This document shows positions 9,921 through 22,333 of a stretch of DNA of 64,000 bases, one piece after another; positions within the stretch are counted from its first letter, which is position 1; the number at the start of each line of letters is the position of its first letter. The DNA is from Patescibacteria group bacterium (GTDB lineage: Bacteria; Patescibacteriota; Microgenomatia; UBA10105; UBA927): the NCBI GenBank assembly GCA_018821245.1, contig JAHJMO010000009.1, positions 199-64,198 on the forward strand. Reading direction: 5' to 3'. Made by a program: the position numbers and the translations under genes. The notes beneath the pieces were generated by a model. It was not told where the DNA came from and did no database searches. It was given only the letters and a program-made list of their open reading frames with translations.

Positions 9921-10673
9921 TTATATAAATTTCTGCCACAACTCCATGAACCTTTCTCCGTACATTATGGTCAAAACAGCTCCTAAAATTAAAAACGGGC
10001 CGAACGCGATCCTGCTTTTTAACGACCTTTTTCCTGTCAACATCAGTATGACACCCACGCAAGCACCCGTCAAGAACGCGAAGTACACGGCTTCAACAAT
10101 CTTTGGAAAGCCCAAAAAAAGACCCAAAACGAACGCGAGCTTTGCATCACCCAAGCCCATTCCCCGGCGTTTGGTGACAATCCATAGGAAGAAGAAAAAC
10201 GCAAAAGCCGCCAAAGCAGATATGCCATGATTGATGAGTTGAAAAGTCGAGGCGCCCAAAGCTATGGCACACAACGCCACAGCGACAATCGAAACAACCA
10301 ACATGCTGTCGGGAATGATCTGGTATTTCATGTCTGCAATGAATATCACAAGAATCGCCGAAAATAAAAGCAGGGATGATAAGAAAAGAATAGGGGACCT
10401 GCCATACAATACAAATAATGTCGCATACGCAACACCCGTAACAAACTCGATCGTCGGATATTGGAAGGAAATATGCTTCCTACAGCGCCTACAGCGACCA
10501 TACTGCACTACATAAGAGATAATCGGTACTAGTTCATACCACCGCAACTTTTTTTTACAATAATCACAATGAGAACGCCCCCAAATAACATCCTCTCCTT
10601 TCGGCAGGCGATCAATGAGGATGTTGAGGAATGACCCACAGAATAACCCGATTATCAATAGAATATCTCTCAT
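9921..10673 (-). CDS. pilD: prepilin peptidase / N-methyltransferase PilD (A24 family)
   Basis: N-terminal Cys cluster CDYC...CRRCRK, GLGDAKLAFVLGLFLG catalytic-Asp region, polytopic. Confidence 0.85.
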   Translation of the reverse strand: MRDILLIIGLFCGSFLNILIDRLPKGEDVIWGRSHCDYCKKKLRWYELVPIISYVVQYGRCRRCRKHISFQYPTIEFVTGVAYATLFVLYGRSPILFLSSLLLFSAILVIFIADMKYQIIPDSMLVVSIVAVALCAIALGASTFQLINHGISALAAFAFFFFLWIVTKRRGMGLGDAKLAFVLGLFLGFPKIVEAVYFAFLTGACVGVILMLTGKRSLKSRIAFGPFLILGAVLTIMYGERFMELWQKFI

Positions 10674-10687
10674 GATAGAATAAAAAA

Positions 10688-12880
10688 ATGAAACATAAAT
10701 GGGCGGATCTGCTTTATTTATTTGTTCTCACTTGTTTCGTTATAGCTTTCTTTCTCCCCTTATTCTATCCCGAACTCAAACTGTTTGCCACACCAGATGG
10801 AAGACTCAGCGATATTTTCCATTTTAACTATCCGCTTAAAGATTTACTCAGCAAATCGCTGAAGCAAAATAGATTACCTATATGGACAAATCTCGTAGGC
10901 ATGGGCTTTCCTCCAATTGCCGAAGCTGAAATAGGTGCGTTTAATTTACTTAATATAATTCTTTTCAAATTTTTTTCTACACCCGTTGCTTATAATCTCG
11001 GATATATTACGACGTTCCTTCTTTTTGCATACGGCATGTTTTTTATCATGCGAAGCTTTAAAGTCCCAAGAGGCATATCTTTTTTATGCGCGTATATCTT
11101 TACGTTTTCTGGTTTCCATATCGTCCAAATTCCGCACTATAATCATTTACAAACGTTTTCCTATTTTCCGATTTTATTCCTTTTCTGGAAATATACGCTC
11201 GACAATCCGCACTCCAAACGCTGGCTCTTTATCCCGCTTATAGCATCACAAATGATATTTGCAGGGCATTATCAATATATATTCATGTCTATCGTTTTTC
11301 TTATCCTCTATACGTACTTTTTCCATAAAGGCAAAAAAAAGATAGTGTCATTATTTATAAATAAAATAACCGTCACAATACTATTTTTTACGCTTGGTTT
11401 ATCAAGCATGCAATTGCTACCGTCTTATGAATATTTCATTATTTCCCAAAGGAATACTATACTCAAACTCTTTTCTATTAATATCGGCGGCTTATCGCTC
11501 CCACATCTATTGCAGTTTATTTACCCTTATATATTAGGCGATATACGCATTGGAACATACAAAATATTCCTATACCGCATTAATTTTTGGGAAACATTTT
11601 CTTATATAGGAATTATCCCTTTACTTTTTGCGATCTTGTCTATTGCATCAATAAGAAAGAACGGGAGTGTAAGAAAATATTGGTATATCATAACTATATT
11701 ATTAATTCTTGCGTTCGAAGGACACTCACCTTTTTATTTTTTGTTCTCATTCGCTCCTCTGTCTTGGTTTCGTGTTCACTCACGATTTATTGCGTTTGTC
11801 TCGTTTCTTCTCGTATTATTATTTGGTTTTGCCTATGAAAAATTTATTTGCCTGCTTAATAAAAAAATAAAGCGCAAATATGCGATCTTATTTCAAGCTA
11901 TCGTTGCAATTATTATTTTTTTCGATATATGGCACTTTGCTTCCGCCTATAATGCATCTATTTCTGTAAATTCATTATACAAACCGCCGGAAACAGCTGC
12001 GTTCATCAATAACTTTCCTTCGAAACGAATATATACGCTTGGGATAAATAATGAATGGTTTTCCTATCTCAACGCCAACGGATGGAAGGATATAAAAGGA
12101 TATATCTATCTCCTGAACGGCTTAGGACCGAATGTAAATATGCTTTATGATATTCCCCAGATACAGCTATATTCCGGATTTAAAACCAATAAACTCGAAT
12201 ATCTTGACCAATATATTCAGTCGAACATTGTCATGGATACCCAAAAAAATACAGCTTCACTGTCGGGTATCGGCATTAACTCCCTTCGTCTCGTTGGAAC
12301 AAATTTTGTCATAGCTCCATATCACATATCAAACACGGAACTGTCGCTAGCGCAAACAGTGAAAAGCAATATCTCTAAACTAAATGACATCAATATCTAC
12401 CAAATACCATCCTCTCAACCCATGTATTACATTACACAAAATATAGACTATGCGTCCGGCATACGTGAACTTGCTCAAAAGATTGATAACGACGAGTGGT
12501 ACAAAACGTATGATGCTATCGTAGACACTAGAAAAAAAATAACCGTAGAAGATGCGTCACATTTTAACAAACAATTATGGGTAGTAAAGGACACTGAAAT
12601 ACATAAAACTTTTCGTTCTCTGACCGATCAAGACAGTTACTTCATACTTCTTATGAATAACTATCCCGGATGGGAAGCTACAATCGATAATACATCTATC
12701 CCTATTCTAAACAGTAATATATCTTCTATGGCCGTGTATCTCCCAAAAGGGGACCATATACTGACTTTTTCCTACTTGCCAAAAACGATAATTATGGGGG
12801 CAATTATTTCAAGTATTTCAACGCTCATGTATCTTCTTTATGTCATTTATACACAGACGGGTCGTATATGGTTCTTTTAG
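10688..12880 (+). CDS. YfhO-like polytopic membrane protein (putative GT-C glycosyltransferase)
   Basis: 730 aa, about 13 predicted TM helices and a large C-terminal extracytoplasmic domain; resemblance to the bacterial YfhO family judged from architecture and sequence; only plus-strand gene inside the minus-strand pilus locus. Confidence 0.4.
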   Translation: MKHKWADLLYLFVLTCFVIAFFLPLFYPELKLFATPDGRLSDIFHFNYPLKDLLSKSLKQNRLPIWTNLVGMGFPPIAEAEIGAFNLLNIILFKFFSTPVAYNLGYITTFLLFAYGMFFIMRSFKVPRGISFLCAYIFTFSGFHIVQIPHYNHLQTFSYFPILFLFWKYTLDNPHSKRWLFIPLIASQMIFAGHYQYIFMSIVFLILYTYFFHKGKKKIVSLFINKITVTILFFTLGLSSMQLLPSYEYFIISQRNTILKLFSINIGGLSLPHLLQFIYPYILGDIRIGTYKIFLYRINFWETFSYIGIIPLLFAILSIASIRKNGSVRKYWYIITILLILAFEGHSPFYFLFSFAPLSWFRVHSRFIAFVSFLLVLLFGFAYEKFICLLNKKIKRKYAILFQAIVAIIIFFDIWHFASAYNASISVNSLYKPPETAAFINNFPSKRIYTLGINNEWFSYLNANGWKDIKGYIYLLNGLGPNVNMLYDIPQIQLYSGFKTNKLEYLDQYIQSNIVMDTQKNTASLSGIGINSLRLVGTNFVIAPYHISNTELSLAQTVKSNISKLNDINIYQIPSSQPMYYITQNIDYASGIRELAQKIDNDEWYKTYDAIVDTRKKITVEDASHFNKQLWVVKDTEIHKTFRSLTDQDSYFILLMNNYPGWEATIDNTSIPILNSNISSMAVYLPKGDHILTFSYLPKTIIMGAIISSISTLMYLLYVIYTQTGRIWFF

Positions 12881-14906
12881 ATTCATACTCTTTACTATAT
12901 TCAAGCAATTGTTCATCATCGGGATAACACTTTCTACGAAGAAGGTCAGAAAGAGACAGGATGGCAAAATCATTGTTCCACCTTGTTCTCATGCCATCCA
13001 AACCTTGTTTCGCTAATTCACACTGATTATTGTTTATATAAAGCGAAACGATGTCAGAAAAAAGATTTATTTGGTTGTCTCTATCGCTCTCTATCGATAA
13101 ACGAAGCTGGTCAAGCGATTCTTTACCAGAATTTGCATATGCCAGGATACCCGAATAACTTACACGCCTGGTAGTATAAATTCTATTTATATCACTTAAT
13201 AATAAATCGCCTTGCCGGTTCAACTCACCCGATGAGGGTAATACAAAATTCTTCCAAAGATATTCATTTTTTTGAACGATAAGAACAGGGTCAGGAACAT
13301 CTTGCTCCGTAGGATAATACATCTTCACTAAACCGTGCGGTATCCATAATCCTTGAGTCGTCGACAATTCCAGATCACTCGCGATCGGTCTATAGGGAAA
13401 ATTTTTTTGAAAAAAAGCTATCTGATAATCGGATAAAAAGCTATCCTTATCCATTTCGGGTAATACAATATCTGGGTATCTGACATGCAATGCTTCCCTA
13501 TATTCCGATCTGTCTAATAAACTCAATCTGACATATGCTATATCCTGACGCTTGCCTGCCACATAATATGCATAAAGAAACGCGCTTGCTGTCGTATCTT
13601 CACGAAGTGTTACAATTGAGCGCTGGGGTATGCTTAAAAGCAGATCATCTGCATACGTTTCCATTCTTCGATCAAGAGTTGATGCATGAAGAGGCTCAAC
13701 GTTTGACATAAACGTCCGCGCCAAATATACGGTACATATCAAATACACAAGGAATACCACTCCCCGAGCCGGAATGATATGAATTGTAATATCTGTTTTC
13801 CATATCTTTTCTATTATTTTTATCGCTGATTGCAGTCCTATCCCTACAAAAACAGCAAATATTTGATACGGTATGATAAAAAATCTCTCTAACGTTCCTA
13901 AATTAAATTTAAGCAAAACCGGAAACCCTGCATAAAATAAATAGGCAATCTGTAGGCTTATGTAAAGAAGAAGAAATGTCCCGATTTTGTGCCTTTTTCT
14001 CAATTCTGCTACCGCGAAAATGATAAAAATAACTCCCAATACGGAAAAGTCCTTCCACGCATACCGGAAAAACGTTGTTACATTAAGAATTCTATCGATA
14101 AGCATTCCTGTTTGATATCCGGCCGCACGAAACGTGCCATAAGAAGCTCTAAAAAAAAGCCTAATAAATCCGACTAAACTTGCAGGGTGCTCGATATCAA
14201 GCGGTGGATTATAAGAAGATGCTATGGGAGCATAGATATAAGGAATAAATCCTACTATAAAAAGCGCGATACAGGCAATGCTATGCGCCTTTATTTGTTT
14301 TATTAAATGAGGCAACTTCCAAATAACTGTGACAGCAACAGCGACAAAAGGAATAATAATTAGGTGATGATGCGTCATCGATAACCCAAAAAGAAAAAAT
14401 AACATATACAAATACACGACAGATTCCGTCATAAGCCAAAGGAGCGATACATAAAGAACGAGAGAAGAAAAAAAAGCATGTAATCCAAATACTTCTTGTA
14501 CGATACCATAGAGCCATACAGGATAAAGCAATCCATATAATAAAGAAGAAATCGTTGAAGCTACTTTATTTTCTGTGAGAAGATAGACGGTTTTCCATAT
14601 GAAAAAAACGGAAAGCGCCATGGGGATAGAAGAAAGGAACCCTGCACGCCAAGCGACTGAATTTGCCTGAAGTCCGTGTATCACCAGCCCGGATAAAAAC
14701 GTGTAGAGGGGATATCCGGGCGGATGACTGATCCCCCGCACGAACGCGGCGGTCACAAGCTCACCAGAATCACCTCCATAGACCCCGTGCGCCTGCATGA
14801 AAACATAAAGAATTCCAAAAATACACGATACAAATACCGGCCATAAAAAAACCACAGTATCTTTCATCTGTGGTTTTTTGTAGTTCTTACCCGACGTTGA
14901 TTTCAT
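12843..14906 (-). CDS. DUF2723/TMEM260-like membrane protein (putative GT-C O-glycosyltransferase) with large soluble C-terminal domain
   Basis: GVYGGDSGELVTAAF...GISHPPGYPLY is the DUF2723/TMEM260 signature; start after the pilin stop assumed. Confidence 0.5.
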   Translation of the reverse strand: MKSTSGKNYKKPQMKDTVVFLWPVFVSCIFGILYVFMQAHGVYGGDSGELVTAAFVRGISHPPGYPLYTFLSGLVIHGLQANSVAWRAGFLSSIPMALSVFFIWKTVYLLTENKVASTISSLLYGLLYPVWLYGIVQEVFGLHAFFSSLVLYVSLLWLMTESVVYLYMLFFLFGLSMTHHHLIIIPFVAVAVTVIWKLPHLIKQIKAHSIACIALFIVGFIPYIYAPIASSYNPPLDIEHPASLVGFIRLFFRASYGTFRAAGYQTGMLIDRILNVTTFFRYAWKDFSVLGVIFIIFAVAELRKRHKIGTFLLLYISLQIAYLFYAGFPVLLKFNLGTLERFFIIPYQIFAVFVGIGLQSAIKIIEKIWKTDITIHIIPARGVVFLVYLICTVYLARTFMSNVEPLHASTLDRRMETYADDLLLSIPQRSIVTLREDTTASAFLYAYYVAGKRQDIAYVRLSLLDRSEYREALHVRYPDIVLPEMDKDSFLSDYQIAFFQKNFPYRPIASDLELSTTQGLWIPHGLVKMYYPTEQDVPDPVLIVQKNEYLWKNFVLPSSGELNRQGDLLLSDINRIYTTRRVSYSGILAYANSGKESLDQLRLSIESDRDNQINLFSDIVSLYINNNQCELAKQGLDGMRTRWNNDFAILSLSDLLRRKCYPDDEQLLEYSKEYESKRTIYDPSVYK

Positions 14907-14908
14907 GC

Positions 14909-15430
14909 CTATTGGATACACCAATAGCAAGCTACTCCACCCGGACAATTAGTTGCGTCCAGCGCTCCAAGTTTAGTGTATTTCGTGTTAGGATCGGCCG
15001 CAAAAGATTTTGATGTTGGCTTATAACACACCGATACAAAATTGTTTGTCTGACTTCCCGTCACAAATATTTTACCAAGCTTCGCCGCCTGGATTGTCGT
15101 AAAATCAGATTTTAACTCTCCTGCATTTACCATCTCTGAAACTGAAGCTACCATGGGTGCTGTGCTTAAATCTGTACCGCTTGGGTCTGCAACACAGCCT
15201 GTTCCTGTCGGACACCACGGCATATTGTTCTTGATGGAATAGTATCGTATGACTCCCGTCTGCACTTGGTTCACCAAGTCTCTCGTGCTTGTATCTGTTC
15301 CTTTCTTCAACTGTTCAAAGGGGTCCAGGGCTCCGATAAGTCCTACAGCAAGAGCGCCCAAAAGTGCAATAACGATAAGGAGCTCAATAAGAGTAAAACC
15401 AGCTTTTTTCATAAAAATATTTTGTTTCAT
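14909..15430 (-). CDS. type IV pilin
   Basis: MKKAGFTLIELLIVIALLGALAV prepilin motif. Confidence 0.7.
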   Translation of the reverse strand: MKQNIFMKKAGFTLIELLIVIALLGALAVGLIGALDPFEQLKKGTDTSTRDLVNQVQTGVIRYYSIKNNMPWCPTGTGCVADPSGTDLSTAPMVASVSEMVNAGELKSDFTTIQAAKLGKIFVTGSQTNNFVSVCYKPTSKSFAADPNTKYTKLGALDATNCPGGVACYWCIQ

Positions 15431-15503
15431 TGTTTATCACCCCCTCCTTATGGTTTAACATACACAAAAATCGGTTGTCAAGTACATAAAGCCCCGCCCT
15501 ATA

Positions 15504-16715
15504 TCATTTTATTGCGCTGGTTAGGCTATATATCGGTGTTATCACCGATATGACGATAAAGCCCACACCCAAACCGAGAAACACCATAATCATAGGTTCC
15601 ATTGCCGTAGTCAACCCTCTCACTAAGTGTTCCGACTCGTTCTGGAAATACACCGATAGTTTGGTAAGCGTCTCATCAAGCTTCCCTGTTTCTTCTCCTA
15701 CTTTCATCATCTGGGAAACGATGGGGGGGAACACCTCATGCTGACTGAACGATTCTCCCAGTGAAAATCCTTTCTCTACTTTCTTTGTGATATCGGAAAC
15801 GGCATTCCGGAAAAGAACATTCCCAAGAGACCCCTGCAATACCCGCAGTCCATCCAGAATATGGATGCCTGCAGTTATAAGCATCGCCAGAGTCCTTGTG
15901 AATTCCACAAGGATAATTTTCTTCTGCAGTTCACCAAAAAGCGGCAACCGCAGAATAAGCGAGTCCACGGTATATTCTCCCGGAGGTGTTTTGTACCATT
16001 TTTTGAAGGCAAATACTCCTCCAGCGGCCGCGGCAATCATCAGCCACCAAAAATGGACAAAGAAATTTGATATAGCAATAAGCAGGCGCGTCGTTCCCGG
16101 AAGAGTCAGGTTCATGTCGGTATAGAGGCTCGTCAGTTTCGGCACCACAACGGTCATCATAATCATGATGACCGCCGCCATTCCGACTAAAATAATAATA
16201 GGGTAAACCATCGCCCCAGATACTTTGCTCCGAAACTCCTGCTGTGTCTCCATCGTCTCCGCCAGACGGGACAACACGGTGTCAAGCGTTCCTGATGATT
16301 CACCGGCTCGCACAAGGGCTATGTAGATTGGAAAAAAGTGTTGAGAGTACTTCGACAAACCGTCTGCCAAATTTCCTCCTCCTACGATGTGCTGCTCCAG
16401 ATCACCCAAGACCTCTGCAAAAACAGGATTTTTGGTTTGAGTCCGGAGTATCTCCAGTGCATCAGGAAGCGATAACCCCGCTGTAACCATCGTCGAAAGC
16501 TGTCTGGTAAAATTGACGACGTCGGAAAACTTCACTTTTTTCAGAGTGACTACATTGGATAATCCTCCGCCAACACCGCTTGATTTTCGTAGTGAAAGTA
16601 CTATTAATTGCTTCTTGTGAAGGAGTTGGGACGCAATCTGCTGCGTCGGGGCTTCAACAGTGCCGCTTACTGCTTTCCCTTCAATCGTCCGTGCTTTATA
16701 TTGGTAGAATGCCAT
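15504..16715 (-). CDS. pilC: type IV pilus assembly platform protein PilC (GspF family)
   Basis: two GspF repeats, three TM segments, MAFYQYKARTIEGK... N-terminus typical of PilC. Confidence 0.85.
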   Translation of the reverse strand: MAFYQYKARTIEGKAVSGTVEAPTQQIASQLLHKKQLIVLSLRKSSGVGGGLSNVVTLKKVKFSDVVNFTRQLSTMVTAGLSLPDALEILRTQTKNPVFAEVLGDLEQHIVGGGNLADGLSKYSQHFFPIYIALVRAGESSGTLDTVLSRLAETMETQQEFRSKVSGAMVYPIIILVGMAAVIMIMMTVVVPKLTSLYTDMNLTLPGTTRLLIAISNFFVHFWWLMIAAAAGGVFAFKKWYKTPPGEYTVDSLILRLPLFGELQKKIILVEFTRTLAMLITAGIHILDGLRVLQGSLGNVLFRNAVSDITKKVEKGFSLGESFSQHEVFPPIVSQMMKVGEETGKLDETLTKLSVYFQNESEHLVRGLTTAMEPMIMVFLGLGVGFIVISVITPIYSLTSAIK

Positions 16716-16726
16716 ACATGGGTTTT

Positions 16727-17785
16727 TTATGAAGACGACCTGAGACTCCTCTCGAGATCATCCGGTCGAAGTGCATAACTTCGGGCTACTTCTAATTGAA
16801 TCGTACCTGCCCGCACGTGTGTTGCAAGTGATGTCTCCAGAGTCATCATTCCAAATTCTGCGGATGTTTGAATGATGTTGTCTATCTGATGCGTCTTGCC
16901 TTCCCGAACAAGCGTTTTGATAGCGGGTGTTGCGGTAAGAACCTCTGCTGCAAGCGACCTGCCGCCTGATGTATTTGGCACTAAACGCTGGGAGATAATT
17001 GCGCCAATAACGGAAGACATCTGCAACCGAACCTGTAATTGTTGATTTTCAGGAAATACGTCAATCACACGATCCACTGATTGTGCTGCTGAATTGGTAT
17101 GAAGCGTCGCAAATACCAAATGACCGGTTTCTGCTACGGTAATTGCCGCCTGTATTGTTTCAAAGTCACGCATTTCCCCGACAAATACAATATCCGGATC
17201 CTCGCGAAGAACGCTTCGGAGCGCCACGTTCCAGGAAAGTGTATCACCATGCATCTCGCGCTGCGAGATGATAGATAAACCCTTGGCGAATACATACTCA
17301 ACAGGATCTTCTATTGTCACGATATGCTCCGCTCTTGTCGTATTGATGTGCTGAATCATGGAGGCTATACTGGTAGATTTCCCATGTCCCGTTGGGCCGG
17401 TTACGAGAATAAGCCCCTGCCGCATTTTCACGAGTTCCATGCAAATCTGTGGAAGGCCTAACTCCGCCATCGATTTAATCTTGCTTGAAATAAGTCGGAA
17501 CGCTCCGGCCAATGACCCCTTTTGATAATAGACATTCGCCCGAAACCGACCGCTGGGACATCCGATAGAGTAGTCTAACTCCCTATTGGTAGTCAACAAT
17601 TCTTTTTGTTGCTCGTTGAGGGTCGCTACTATCAGACGCTGGGTATCATCCGGCGTAAGTATGGACTCGCCTTGGACCGGAAATAATTTTCCAGCAACAC
17701 GTAACACAGGAGGGGAACCAACGACAAGATGCAAATCAGATGCTTCCCTCCTTGCAGTTTCGGCAAAAAGCTGTTGAATGTCCAT
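16727..17785 (-). CDS. pilT: twitching motility/retraction ATPase PilT
   Basis: GPTGHGKSTS Walker A, Asp box, His box, about 350 aa PilT size. Confidence 0.85.
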   Translation of the reverse strand: MDIQQLFAETARREASDLHLVVGSPPVLRVAGKLFPVQGESILTPDDTQRLIVATLNEQQKELLTTNRELDYSIGCPSGRFRANVYYQKGSLAGAFRLISSKIKSMAELGLPQICMELVKMRQGLILVTGPTGHGKSTSIASMIQHINTTRAEHIVTIEDPVEYVFAKGLSIISQREMHGDTLSWNVALRSVLREDPDIVFVGEMRDFETIQAAITVAETGHLVFATLHTNSAAQSVDRVIDVFPENQQLQVRLQMSSVIGAIISQRLVPNTSGGRSLAAEVLTATPAIKTLVREGKTHQIDNIIQTSAEFGMMTLETSLATHVRAGTIQLEVARSYALRPDDLERSLRSSS

Positions 17786-17790
17786 ATTTT

Positions 17791-19518
17791 TTAATCCTGT
17801 GCTACCCGCAGCACTTCCTCAAGTGTTGTAATTCCCTCAAGCGCTTTGAGATACCCGTCCTGCTTCATGGTGATCATGCCCTCGCTGACAGCCTGCCGCT
17901 CTATATCCCGCATCGTTGACCGGGTCAACGTAAGTTTGCTTATGGCGTCAGTTACAGGAAATACTTCAAAAATACCAATCCTTCCATGGTATCCCATTCC
18001 GCCGCACGAATCGCACGCCGACGGATTATTTCCTTCGGTTTTATTTCGATAGAGTACTATCTTTTTATCCTTGGGTATCAAATCACCCAATACTGATCTT
18101 ATGTCCGAAACTACAGCGGCATCAGGTTCGTACTCAACTTTACAGCTGTTACAAAGTTTTCGTGATATACGTTGTCCGGCGACAGCGTTGAGGGCTGAAG
18201 CGACCAAAAACGGTTCTGCTCCCAGATCCAAAAGTCTGGGAATTGCTCCAGACGCATTATTTGTATGCAACGTAGAAAATACAAGATGTCCTGTCAACGC
18301 CGCCTGAATGGCCAGTTCTGTCGTTTCTGTATCCCGAATCTCACCAACAAGAATAATGTTGGGATCCTGACGGAGAAACGACCGCAAGCCTGTCGCGAAT
18401 GTCAAACCGGCCTGAGGATTGATTTGCACCTGATTGACACCGGAAATCTGGTACTCCACAGGGTCCTCCAGCGTCATGATATTGACTTTTGCATTATTTA
18501 ATACGGCCAACACAGCATAGAGTGTCGTTGTTTTACCCGATCCCGTAGGTCCAGTAACCAAAATAATACCGTGAGGACGCAGGATACTCGCCTGCAGGTT
18601 CTTGAGCGCCATACCCCGCAACCCCAGTTCAGGCAATGTCGGTACCCCGCCGGACTTCTTGAGAAGCCGCATGACAATCTTTTCTCCGTTAACCGTCGGC
18701 AATGTAGAGACTCGCAAGTCTACTTCCGACTCTCCCATCCGGAAGTTAAATCTTCCGTCCTGCGGTATGCGCTTTTCGTCAATCTTCATATCGCCCAAAA
18801 TTTTTATGCGGGATATAACTGCTTCCTGAAGTTTTTTGGGGAGCATAAGACGTTCCTGTAAAATGCCGTCTACCCTGTATCGTACTCTCGTATCTCCTTC
18901 CTGCGGCTCAATATGCACGTCAGAGGCCCGAATCCGTATAGCCTGTTCAAGTATTGCCGAAACAATCTGAGCAATCGGTGCTTCACGAATAACTTCACCC
19001 AAGTGACCGGCTTCATACGTCTTCACCGTAGTAGGCGTGCTTTCTTTGAGAGCTGCAGACACATCGGCGCTGAGATTCTGGGTGTAAATATCCTCAATAA
19101 CAGCCATGATGTCTTCTTTCATGGCCATATACGGCTTAATGGTTTTTCCGGACTTTTTCTCCAAAAATTCTATAACCTGAAAATCCAAGGGGTCCATCAT
19201 TGCCACCGATAGTTCTGCGTTTTTCTGACCATATTGAAAAGGGACCAACACGTATCGCCGGGCGACTGCTTCCGGAATGTGGGTTACGATATCCGGAGAA
19301 ATTGCTTTACCGGAAAGCGCGATAAAGGGGACATTGAGGGTTTTTGCGCGTGCCTGCACTATATCCTCATCAGAGACCGTGTATTTCTTTTTCAAAAGGA
19401 CCTCGACTGCACTTCCCGTATTGAGAGATTCTACCCGAACGGCGTCTGCCGTTGCCTGGCTGATCTTTTTATCCTCAAGAAGCTGGGAAAGGATATCTTG
19501 GGCAGTAGATTCTGGCAT
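17791..19518 (-). CDS. pilB: type IV pilus assembly ATPase PilB (GspE family)
   Basis: VTGPTGSGKTTTLYA Walker A, C-terminal tetracysteine CNSC...CDSCGG; ATG at 19518 preferred over the TTG extension to 19557. Confidence 0.85.
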   Translation of the reverse strand: MPESTAQDILSQLLEDKKISQATADAVRVESLNTGSAVEVLLKKKYTVSDEDIVQARAKTLNVPFIALSGKAISPDIVTHIPEAVARRYVLVPFQYGQKNAELSVAMMDPLDFQVIEFLEKKSGKTIKPYMAMKEDIMAVIEDIYTQNLSADVSAALKESTPTTVKTYEAGHLGEVIREAPIAQIVSAILEQAIRIRASDVHIEPQEGDTRVRYRVDGILQERLMLPKKLQEAVISRIKILGDMKIDEKRIPQDGRFNFRMGESEVDLRVSTLPTVNGEKIVMRLLKKSGGVPTLPELGLRGMALKNLQASILRPHGIILVTGPTGSGKTTTLYAVLAVLNNAKVNIMTLEDPVEYQISGVNQVQINPQAGLTFATGLRSFLRQDPNIILVGEIRDTETTELAIQAALTGHLVFSTLHTNNASGAIPRLLDLGAEPFLVASALNAVAGQRISRKLCNSCKVEYEPDAAVVSDIRSVLGDLIPKDKKIVLYRNKTEGNNPSACDSCGGMGYHGRIGIFEVFPVTDAISKLTLTRSTMRDIERQAVSEGMITMKQDGYLKALEGITTLEEVLRVAQD

Positions 19519-19588
19519 ATTTGATATTATTATCGTTTTTTTTGTACTATAATGCAACTACGGTTTCTCGCAAAGACACATAAAACCT

Positions 19589-20287
19589 ATGCATGCCTTT
19601 CTTATCACAGGAGCTACCAAAACAGGAAGACTTGAAGAAATCGACAGGCTATGTACAGAGCTCACAATATCCCGTCATGATCGAATCTTCATTGAACCTG
19701 AAACAAGCTCTATCGGCATTGCACAAGTCAGAACGCTCGAACGACGGCTTGTCCTTAAACCATACCTGTCATCATCCACGGCAGCAATCATACATGACGC
19801 CCATTCTCTCACGATCGAAGCACAACAAGCTCTATTAAAAACCCTAGAAGAGCCGCCAACCCACTCACTCATTTTTTTGGAAACCGACAACACGTCTTCG
19901 CTTCTCCCGACGATCATCTCCCGCTGTCAACTGAAGCATCTTGCGGTCCATGCCCGATATAGCCAGAAAGAAATTGATTCATGTCTGAATATACTGAAAC
20001 AGTTGAGTGCTCTCTCAATCGGAAATCGTGCAAGGCTTATAGAAAATATCGCGAGCTCTCGTGATAACGCCAAACAATGGGCTGATCTTGCGTTATACAC
20101 CATGCACCGGATCATGCTTTCGGAACACCGTGTTCACCAGTCATTTTTCCGCGCTTTCCAAGATTCTGGCGCGTTCAAAACCGCTCCTCTGGTCCGGTCC
20201 CTTATCATCGCACAGCAACAACTTGCTGCCAATGTTTATCCGATGTTGGTGCTTGATTCAGTATTCTTATCGTCACCGTCTCCCTAG
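19589..20287 (+). CDS. holB: DNA polymerase III delta' subunit-like
   Basis: MHAFLITG..., EQAQQALLKTLEEPP, IISRCQ motifs of the clamp-loader delta' family. Confidence 0.7.
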   Translation: MHAFLITGATKTGRLEEIDRLCTELTISRHDRIFIEPETSSIGIAQVRTLERRLVLKPYLSSSTAAIIHDAHSLTIEAQQALLKTLEEPPTHSLIFLETDNTSSLLPTIISRCQLKHLAVHARYSQKEIDSCLNILKQLSALSIGNRARLIENIASSRDNAKQWADLALYTMHRIMLSEHRVHQSFFRAFQDSGAFKTAPLVRSLIIAQQQLAANVYPMLVLDSVFLSSPSP

Positions 20288-20338
20288 ACAAGCTTTTCAC
20301 TATACGCTACAATGGAAATTGCTCATCTATTGACATAA

Positions 20339-22300
<1,962 letters not shown>

Positions 22301-22333
22301 TAATAATATTTATAAGCTAAAAGGAGGACTGAT

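Noticed and set aside
9946-10515. Plus-strand ORFs of 83-94 aa opposite pilD
   Set aside because: Antisense to a conserved polytopic peptidase. Low complexity and no support.
17791-19557. N-terminal extensions in the ORF track, e.g. pilB from the TTG at 19557 (also ctpA from 59319 and rpsP from 2995)
   Set aside because: The extensions overlap neighbouring genes (ctpA over rpsR) or add non-conserved residues. Internal ATG starts at conserved N-termini were preferred.
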